A DNA stretch of 64,000 bases from IMG/VR virus record IMGVR_UViG_3300049255_000202. One strand, written 5' to 3'. This document shows positions 53,965 to 61,491 of this stretch, in pieces; position 1 is the first letter of the stretch, and every line of letters starts with the position of its first letter. The notes beneath the pieces are model-generated. The model was not told the origin of the DNA. It worked only from the letters and a program-made list of their open reading frames with translations, and ran no database searches. The translations under genes were made by a program, and so were the position numbers. Source of the DNA: an uncultured virus (IMG/VR IMGVR_UViG_3300049255_000202). Lineage: Duplodnaviria; Heunggongvirae; Uroviricota; Caudoviricetes.

Positions 53965-54190
53965 GGCCTCGGGGCTGAGTAAAGCACTGATTGTGGACCG
54001 TAACCGCTTAGCTTCGCTTAGGAAAACGCCGGGTTCAAATCGGCCCAGTCGGACCTGGCCATCAGAGTTTTGCAAGTCCTTGCACGCGCTCGGGTTTCGC
54101 GTCTACGCACTCTGAAATACCCCGAGAAAACGTGGGGCGTAAGTCACGAACCTCGAGTTCAAAACTTGAAGTTCTGATGGACGGCCATTT
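53965..54190 (+). ncRNA. candidate structured RNA
   Basis: Lower-GC intergenic stretch with GGTTCAAATC T-loop-like motif and nested inverted repeats (54059-54077 with 54164-54180; 54090-54100 with 54115-54126). Confidence 0.3.
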
Positions 54191-54748
54191 AGCGTGCGTC
54201 TGAACTGACGGATCGAGAGTTGAAGACGGTCGCTTGGGCCATGGGCCTCGAGATTCGCGGGTACACACGCGCCCAGATCGAAGAGATGGTCGAGGCGTGG
54301 CCGCACGGACTCGACCAGCCGCGTCCCGCCGTGGAGCTGGGGCCCGAGCCCGAAGAAGCCGCCGATACCGAACCGGATAGTGTAGCGCCGAAACGGTGAG
54401 GCGACAGTTCCCTCTGGCCGGCGCGGAGCGCTCCGTGAAGAGGTTGGCCGACGGTGTAGTACCGCGCCATGACACTGAACGACTTCCTCAAGAAGTACCG
54501 CAAGCTCTCCGCGACCGAGGAGAACGCGAAGCTCGCGCGGATGCGCATGCTCGTGGACCTACGCCCGCTCAGCGTCGTGTGGTAGCTTCGCGTCGTTCGA
54601 GCAAGCCATCGGGCTGCTCAAGAAACGCGACATCGACATCATCGGGGCGGACGCCGCCGTCGTCATCGCTCGCATCGAGCCGCACCTCCGCGAGCCCGTG
54701 CTCAAGCGCGTCAAAGCGCAAGAAGGCCGAGAAGGTAGCTGTGGCCCA

Positions 54749-54871
54749 GTGAAGAAGTCCCGCTTTCTCTACCTGCACACAGAGGCAAATGGGAGTACCT
54801 CTACGGTCCGGCACAGCCTCAAATCAGGTGGTTGCTCAGTAACCAACTTTGAGCAACTTCCCGAGTACGGT
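54749..54871 (+). mobile_element. tnpB-derived mini-element, copy C (first codons plus right end)
   Basis: VKKSRFLYLHTEANG resembles the 11270 N-terminus MKRSRVLYFHRETN; 54792-54871 matches 50890-50811 with 3 mismatches. Confidence 0.8.
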
Positions 54872-55543
54872 AATGAGCCGCTCTACCCATGCCACCAGCT
54901 CGGATTCACTCGCGAATTGTGGGTAGAACCGGGTCGCGCCCCCGGCGTCTCCGAACCTGTGGAAGGTCCGTTCCCGTCCCAGGTGGTAGCTCGTGGCGTC
55001 GTACCCGAGGCCAGCCGGTCGGCCGGCGATGGCCCCTCCCGCCCCGTGGATGCCCATTTCCTCGCTCAGGGCATCGAGGACGGGCACCGGGCACCCAGGG
55101 GTGCATGACCACGCGGCAACGGTCTCGAGCCCGTGCTCGTCGGCGTACCCGATGTCCTGGCGCAGCTCGGGGTTGGCCCTCCCGAAGCCGTAGTGCCCGC
55201 CCGTCTTGCCCAGGTTGTGCCGGACGGCCACCCCGGTCGGAATGCGCCGGGAGCCCTCCTGGCGGCACCCAGGGGCATGAACGAGCACGACGTTCGGAGG
55301 CCACCTGCCCGACCCGACCCGAGTGGCGTCGACGTGGATGGCCCCCGTCCCGGTCGCCAGGACCTGCCCCGCAACCGTGGACTCCTCGAGCGGATGTCGG
55401 AAGAGGAACACGAAGCCGGAGCGAGGCCCAGGCCGGAGCACGAGGATCGTGTCACGAAGCTCGAGGCCACGCAGGCGCCCCTCGACCGCGCCGTAAGGCG
55501 AATCGGAGAAGAGTGCGACATGTGCGCCCGGCAGCCCTGTCAC
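54836..55543 (-). CDS. MTase-derived protein lacking catalytic motifs, paralog 1
   Basis: LPGAHV, ELRD, ATGTGAIHVD, GRWPPNV, ETVAAW.C..GCP, GGATRFY; last codons come from mini-element C. Confidence 0.65.
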   Translation of the reverse strand: MTGLPGAHVALFSDSPYGAVEGRLRGLELRDTILVLRPGPRSGFVFLFRHPLEESTVAGQVLATGTGAIHVDATRVGSGRWPPNVVLVHAPGCRQEGSRRIPTGVAVRHNLGKTGGHYGFGRANPELRQDIGYADEHGLETVAAWSCTPGCPVPVLDALSEEMGIHGAGGAIAGRPAGLGYDATSYHLGRERTFHRFGDAGGATRFYPQFASESELVAWVERLITVLGKLLKVGY

Positions 55544-56397
55544 GGCCACTCCGGCGTGATGAGGCGAGCCACCCACCCGAGCAGCTCGTCGATGTCCGCG
55601 AACTGGGGGAAGAACCGGCTCGCACCTCCCGAGTCGTTTGGAAGGCTCCGGCTCGCCCTGTCGGCCCACCCGCCGCCGAAACCGGGGCTCGCGGCCGTGT
55701 GGGCTTGCCCAAGGGCAGCCTTGCCGCTCACTGGACGCTCCCCCGAGAGGGCATCGAGGGCTCTGGCCGGGCAGCCCAGCTCGCAGTCCCAGGCCGCAAC
55801 CGTCTCCGTCCCCGAGGGGTCCGTGTAGCCGGTCTTCTGGTACCCGACCGGCTTGCGCGTGAACCGGATGTCGCCGTCGGCTTGCTCGCGCACGGGGCCC
55901 ACCCGATGTCCGTCCTTGGGCTTGACCTCGCGTGTGCCGGCGCGCTTGCACGCGGAGCCGTGAACGAGGAGCACGTTGGGCGGCCACCGACCGCTCGCGT
56001 GCGGGATGCTCACCGTCTTCGTGGGCATCGAGTCCTCGTAGCCGTAGTTGGCCATGTGGGGCTCGGCCCATTTCCGACCGGCGAATCCCTGACTCATCTT
56101 GAGCATCTCGGCGCGATCCTCGGCCGTCGTCGCCACCCGGCAAGCGTCAACGTTGACCCCACCCGTCCCGGTCGCGAGGGTTTGCGCCGCCACGGTCGCC
56201 TCTGTGAGCGGTGCTCGAAAGAGGAACAGGAAGGCCGTCCGAGGTCCCGCACGGAGGATGAGGAACGTGTCCCGAAGCTCGTACCCACGGAGACGCCCCT
56301 CGAGGCTCGCCGTGGGGGACTCCAAGATAAGTGCCACGTGCGCCCCCGGCAGGGACGTAGCATTCCACCGGGTCGAGTGCAGGAGTTTAGGAACCAA
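55540..56397 (-). CDS. MTase-derived protein lacking catalytic motifs, paralog 2
   Basis: Same blocks as paralog 1; no DPPY/SPPY or FxGxG motif. Confidence 0.65.
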   Translation of the reverse strand: MVPKLLHSTRWNATSLPGAHVALILESPTASLEGRLRGYELRDTFLILRAGPRTAFLFLFRAPLTEATVAAQTLATGTGGVNVDACRVATTAEDRAEMLKMSQGFAGRKWAEPHMANYGYEDSMPTKTVSIPHASGRWPPNVLLVHGSACKRAGTREVKPKDGHRVGPVREQADGDIRFTRKPVGYQKTGYTDPSGTETVAAWDCELGCPARALDALSGERPVSGKAALGQAHTAASPGFGGGWADRASRSLPNDSGGASRFFPQFADIDELLGWVARLITPEWP

Positions 56398-56630
56398 GCC
56401 GCGGTGATGCTACACCGCGCGCTTCCATAGGAACGCGGCCGAGCGCCATGTGCGGTTGCTCGGGCCGTCGCAGCATCCCTCGATGTGCTGGACCGAGACG
56501 AGGCCGCCTTCCACCCCGACGACCTTCCCCTCGTGGCGGATCGGTCCGTCGTAGCCCGAGGTGCTCACGACTGGATCGCCTTCCTTGAGGCGAACGCCGT
56601 CGACGTCGAGCGGGACCTTGAACGTGCGCT

Positions 56631-57319
56631 TCACTCGCGTCCCTTCCGTACCTTGTCGAGGATAGCCTGGATGGCCTTGAACCGCCGATGGCTCGTCTCC
56701 CCGAGCTTGGCGAGGTCGAGCGGCTTGACCTTGGCGTCCACCCACGCAGCGAGGGACTCGGGCGCGTCGTCGCCGAAGTACACGAAGTGCGGCTCGACCG
56801 GGAGCAGCTCACGCACGAGAGCCCGGCTGTGGGTCACGATGAACGCGCCGTAGGTCATCTTGGGCAGGTCCGCCGCGAACTCGCGGAGGGCCACGCCAGC
56901 CCCAGCCGCCCACCCGTCGGACAGGCCGAGGTCGGGCTCGTCCCAGAACACGACGTGCGGTGTCTCGCGCGAGCGGCACGTCGAGATGCCGGCGAGAACC
57001 GTGTGCGCCGAGTTCTCCCCGGTCGATTGCCACGACTCGTCGCCGTAGATGAACCCGCGGAGGCCGCCGTACTCCCCGCCTCGGCCTTCCATCGAGATCG
57101 GCATCGCTTCGACCTTCGCCTCGCGGCAGATGGCGGTCACGAGCCGGCGGAAGAAGCTCTTGCCCGAGGCGTTCTCCCCAGGCACACGACGAAGTTGCCC
57201 TTCCCGCGAACCCACGTGTGTTCGATCGCGACTTTGCCCTTGTCGTTCGGGTGGAAGTAGTCGAGGTCGAACACGTGCGGAAGGAGGGTCTCCACCGACG
57301 TGAACTTGCGCTCCTTCAT
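56631..57319 (-). CDS. ABC-type P-loop ATPase, frameshift near 57180
   Basis: GENASGKS, STGE, FWDEPDLGLS and IVTHS motifs. Confidence 0.75.
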
Positions 57320-58457
57320 GGGGTTACTACGGCGGCGCGTGGGTGGCGATCAACTACCGAACATGACGCAGCCGAGGTAGATGACGCCTCCGAACAAGAG
57401 CGCGAGGACCGAGCAAATGAGCTTGCAGTGGCATTGGCGCATCGGCCAGCAGATCTCGCAGCCGGTCACGCGCTCGTAGATGCCGCTGTGCTCGGGCATG
57501 GAGGAGAGGGACGATGCTCGGGGTCGCGATGCCCGCGGGGAAGTCCGAGAGGCAGTCCTCCTGCCACTCGTTGAACTTCATGCCGGGGAGCTGTTCACGA
57601 ACCGTGCGGAGGTACTCCGCCTCGTAAGCCCGAGCGCGTTTGATGGCCTCTTTGGACTCGTGGGCGATGCGGCCGTTGTATAAGTCCACGGCCTGAGAGC
57701 CCACGAACGTGATCGCCCCGAGCTGATAGCACGGGTCTTCCTTGACCATCTCGCACCATCGGTGCGGGACGAAGAGGATCGCTTGGGGGAGCGCCGGGTT
57801 GCCGTGGACGGCGATGGTGAGGGTCGGCACGTTCGGCCCCATGGCGATCGGGACGATCCGGTGCCCCAAGATGTCCCATACCATCGAAGCGAGATCGCGC
57901 ACGACCGGGTTCGGGAACATCTTGAGGGTCGCGACACCGACCGTGAACGTATCGCCCATGGCCTGGGCCGTGACCCGGAGCGGATCGTCCTTGGGGAGGT
58001 TCTCAACCCGCTCAGCGTTCTCCGTCTTGAACGCCGCGAGCATCTCGGCAACGGTCCGGATGTCCATGCTACGAGCCGGGATTCTTCCAGCCCTCCTGGG
58101 CTCGAATCTCCATGATCTGCTCGATGGATAGCTTGGCCGCGTCCTCCGGCCACCCTTTGGTTCGGCAGTACGCCATCGCACGAGCAGAGGAGCCCGACGC
58201 ATGACCTCAAGAGGATGCCCCGCCGGCTCGAACATGGGCATCACGTCGTAGAGGCGCCACTTGAGCCATTTGTCGGCGCCTTTCTCGCTCGTGTGGAAAG
58301 ACCAGTCCTCGTAGTTGATCCTCCGGACCGTCAAGATGCGAGGCCTGGCCAACGGCTCGAGAAACTTGAGGTCCGCCTCCCGAAACCACGGGTATGCCTT
58401 CGCCAACACGGCGAGGAACTGAGACCGTAGCGGTTCGGGAGGCGGACCGGGCACGCG

Positions 58458-59921
58458 CTACTCGGCGTCACCGAGTGCGTCGAGCTTCTCCCACGACGTC
58501 TTGCCCCACTGGGCGAAGGCACTGGAGATGGCCTCGGGCGTGAAATGCTCGACGCGCTTCATGGCGATGTCCTCGACGTAGCTGGACGGGCCGAGCTTCC
58601 GGCTCACGGCGTCGGCATACATCGAGAAGCACCCTTCCTTCGTCTCGTAGAGCTTCGGGCTCACCTTCATGCGGGCCAGCTCTTTCGCGGACTCGTGAGC
58701 GAGGGCCGTGTCGATGCCGAGGGTGAACCAGTGCTTCTCCTCGTGGAGCTTCTCGATGACCTTCGTCCAGTCTTTGTAGGGCTCCGGCTTGAACGATCCG
58801 CCGCGCCCCGTCGTCTTGTACCCGAGGAGCGTGATACGGAGGTCTGCCTCGACCGCCTCTCGGATGATCTGCTCGAACTGGTACATGTTCTGAGCGCCCA
58901 TCACGACCTGTACGTTGCATTTCGCGGTCGGGATGTCGTTCAGTTCGAGCAAGGCCGCGAGCTTCTTCACGTCGTCTCGGTCGGAAACCGAGAACGCGAA
59001 CGCGCCGATCAGTTCCATGACTTTCGGCCATACGGCCGGGTCACGAAGCCACGCGAGGTTCTTCGTCGTGAAGTTGGGCACAATGCCCACGTGCTTGAAG
59101 ACCGAGAGGATTTCGAGGAACTTCGGGTGAAGCGTGGGCTCCCCGCCGCCGATGGCGACCTCGAAGACGCGCATCCCGCCGAGCGTGTACGCGAGCTTCG
59201 AGATCGCGTCGTAGTCCGCGTGCTTCCCGTCGTGCGTCGAGCCCTGGTAGCAGAAGGCGCAGCCGAACGGGCATTGGTCCGTGATCTTCACGTCCACGAG
59301 TTCGGGAGCGAACGCCTTGACGATCTGGCGCTTGCTCGTCGGGTCCTCGAACGAGAACCGGACTTTCGTGCCGTTCACACGGTCGAACACAACCCAGTAG
59401 TTGCCCTGGGGGTCCTTGCGCGCCACGAGACCACCACCCCGGCAGTCGCGCGGGAGCGGGAGCACGAAGTCGTGGTCCCCGGCAAGCGGGTGCTCGGCGT
59501 CGTCATTGTCGTTCCCGCCGAGAATCACGACGTCCTCGCGCATGAAGAACGCGCGGAATTCCTCGAAGAATTCCTTGTCGACGCCCTTGCCGTTCCACGC
59601 GGTCGGCAAGTCGTAGACGGACTGGTGGTCGACGTAGCCGTCCGGCGCCGACTCGTTGCCTTTGACGTGGCCGGGAGTCCAGGCGTCGCACACCGCGTTC
59701 GCGATGTCGTCTCCGACCTGGGAGCGGAGCGCGTGGTGAAGGTGGATCGCGACGTACTGCCGCTTGGCCGCTTCCGAGGCCGCAGTGAAGTAGGACCATC
59801 CGAAGTCGAACCCCGCCGCATCGGCGTCGTCCGTGACCTTCTGAGAAGGCTTCACGAACACGATGGAGTGCGTCGAGCTGGAGTTGGTCGCGAAACCGAG
59901 ACGAGCTTTGTGGACGAGCAT
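58458..59921 (-). CDS. radical SAM protein with N-terminal GFATNSSS domain and TSWEKL tag
   Basis: CPFGCAFCY and GGGEPTLHP motifs. Confidence 0.85.
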   Translation of the reverse strand: MLVHKARLGFATNSSSTHSIVFVKPSQKVTDDADAAGFDFGWSYFTAASEAAKRQYVAIHLHHALRSQVGDDIANAVCDAWTPGHVKGNESAPDGYVDHQSVYDLPTAWNGKGVDKEFFEEFRAFFMREDVVILGGNDNDDAEHPLAGDHDFVLPLPRDCRGGGLVARKDPQGNYWVVFDRVNGTKVRFSFEDPTSKRQIVKAFAPELVDVKITDQCPFGCAFCYQGSTHDGKHADYDAISKLAYTLGGMRVFEVAIGGGEPTLHPKFLEILSVFKHVGIVPNFTTKNLAWLRDPAVWPKVMELIGAFAFSVSDRDDVKKLAALLELNDIPTAKCNVQVVMGAQNMYQFEQIIREAVEADLRITLLGYKTTGRGGSFKPEPYKDWTKVIEKLHEEKHWFTLGIDTALAHESAKELARMKVSPKLYETKEGCFSMYADAVSRKLGPSSYVEDIAMKRVEHFTPEAISSAFAQWGKTSWEKLDALGDAE

Positions 59922-59986
59922 ACGGAGGTGATTGTACACCGGAGCGGGGTGCGTCCGGGCTGGGGTCCGTGGTGTATGCCACGCCC

Positions 59987-60802
59987 ATGCCCGAGGACGA
60001 TGATTTCGATGAGTTGTCGAGAACTTTCTTCCCCGATACCTCCGTGCATGCACCGTCTCCCGTGCGGCTCGACCACAACGCAGGGACGCCCGAGGAGCAG
60101 TTCGACGAGATCCAAGCCCGGCACCAGCCCCGCCAGACCTTCCCCGCAGCACTGGACATCGTCGACGACGCCATGCACCGGGAGATCGAACGGGTGCTGC
60201 GGCACCTCCACGTGGTCCTCACCGAACCCGTGACGAGCCATGTCGCGGAAGGGATTCTCCGCCAAGCGGCCGTAGACGTCGGCCATCCCGTCACAACCCC
60301 ACCGGCAGGCAATCCTGGGTGGGATTTCATTCTCCACGGCCAAAGGATTTCCCACAAAGCCCAGACCGGGAAGACCACGCGCCGAAACGCCGTCGCCCTC
60401 TCTCAGCTCGCCGTGCTCTACGACGGAGCTTCATGGGGCCACGAGGAGGCGCGACGAGATGCAGTAGCCAGGCGGGTCGTACAAGGGCTGCGCGACGACT
60501 TCGACCGCTTGGTCATCCTCCGTGCATTCTCATGCCACCGGGAGGTCATGTACCAACTGGTCGAAATCCCCAAAGAGCTTCTTCTTCGCGCCGAACACGC
60601 CATCCCAGACGGCCTCGTATGGGCGGGGGATGAGAGGAAGGCCGACCGGACGTTCAATCTCGTCGCTCGTGCCACCGCCGGCGACGTCTTGTTCACCCTC
60701 CAATTCGAGGGCGACCGGAAGAAAGTGTCGTTGAGGGGCCTGGGGGTCGACTCGTGCGTGTCTCACGGGACGTGGACGATCCCTCTCGGAGGTCACGCCT
60801 GA
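59987..60802 (+). CDS. putative PD-(D/E)xK restriction-endonuclease-like protein
   Basis: GNPGWDFIL...ISHKAQ; GGTGTA-N10-ATG start. Confidence 0.45.
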   Translation: MPEDDDFDELSRTFFPDTSVHAPSPVRLDHNAGTPEEQFDEIQARHQPRQTFPAALDIVDDAMHREIERVLRHLHVVLTEPVTSHVAEGILRQAAVDVGHPVTTPPAGNPGWDFILHGQRISHKAQTGKTTRRNAVALSQLAVLYDGASWGHEEARRDAVARRVVQGLRDDFDRLVILRAFSCHREVMYQLVEIPKELLLRAEHAIPDGLVWAGDERKADRTFNLVARATAGDVLFTLQFEGDRKKVSLRGLGVDSCVSHGTWTIPLGGHA

Positions 60803-61215
60803 CTCAAGGGCGCCGCTCCTGCTCGTCCATCCGGAGCGTTCTGGATGAGAGCCTCCCCATAGCCCCGGCGCCAAGCGGCGACGGCCTCTCGGATGCGGAT
60901 GTACTCGTCCCGAGCCGCGTTTCCACGGGAGCACCCTGGTCGAACCTCGGGCGAGCACGCGGCGGCGATGTAGACGGCTTGGGCCTGGCTCGACCCCGCT
61001 TTGGCCGCACGCTGCCGCTCACGGAACGGGTGGATGTCCCGCCCGCACGCGACACACGGCATCGTGAGCCGGAGAGCCTTGAGCCGCACCTCGAACGGTG
61101 TCGAGTCCCGCAGTTCGATCCGGTACCGCGAGTGCTGGTGGGCGTCGTAGTACGCCTGGACCAGGATGTGCGGCACGAGATCCGCGAACTCGGGAAGGGC
61201 GGTCAGGCCGGGCAT
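60793..61215 (-). CDS. hypothetical Cys-containing protein
   Basis: GGAGG RBS; CVACG motif. Confidence 0.6.
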   Translation of the reverse strand: MPGLTALPEFADLVPHILVQAYYDAHQHSRYRIELRDSTPFEVRLKALRLTMPCVACGRDIHPFRERQRAAKAGSSQAQAVYIAAACSPEVRPGCSRGNAARDEYIRIREAVAAWRRGYGEALIQNAPDGRAGAAPLSQA

Positions 61216-61250
61216 CGAGCACCTCCTGCCTACACCCGTGCTCTCGAGGA

Positions 61251-61466
61251 TTACCGGATACGAGTGAACTTATAGCCCGCGACCCTGATGTGCGTGTGGA
61301 AGGCGTGGCCCACGCCCGGGGCGTCGAGCACGTCGCGGTACACCTGTTTCGGGACCTGCGCGTAGTGGTACTCGGCACCCGAGTTGAAGATGACGCCCAT
61401 CATGCTTCGCTCGTCATCGTAGCCGAGAGCCATGATCGTGCTCGAGGTCACATTCGTGTAGTCCAT
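61251..61466 (-). CDS. KTSC domain protein
   Basis: VTSSTIMALGYD...IFNSGAEYHYAQVP..VY...L.A.GVG..F...IR. Confidence 0.85.
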   Translation of the reverse strand: MDYTNVTSSTIMALGYDDERSMMGVIFNSGAEYHYAQVPKQVYRDVLDAPGVGHAFHTHIRVAGYKFTRIR

Positions 61467-61491
61467 TTTGATCTCTTTCCGATTTTGCCGC

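Noticed and set aside
53971..54055. Canonical tRNA or tmRNA
   Set aside because: A T-loop-like sequence is present, but the T-stem register, D arm, anticodon arm and CCA end do not fit. Kept only as a candidate ncRNA.
8263..58500. TAWDR tag as a mobile DNA repeat or diversity-generating retroelement target
   Set aside because: Nucleotide sequences differ at synonymous positions, and no reverse transcriptase or template repeat is present in the window.
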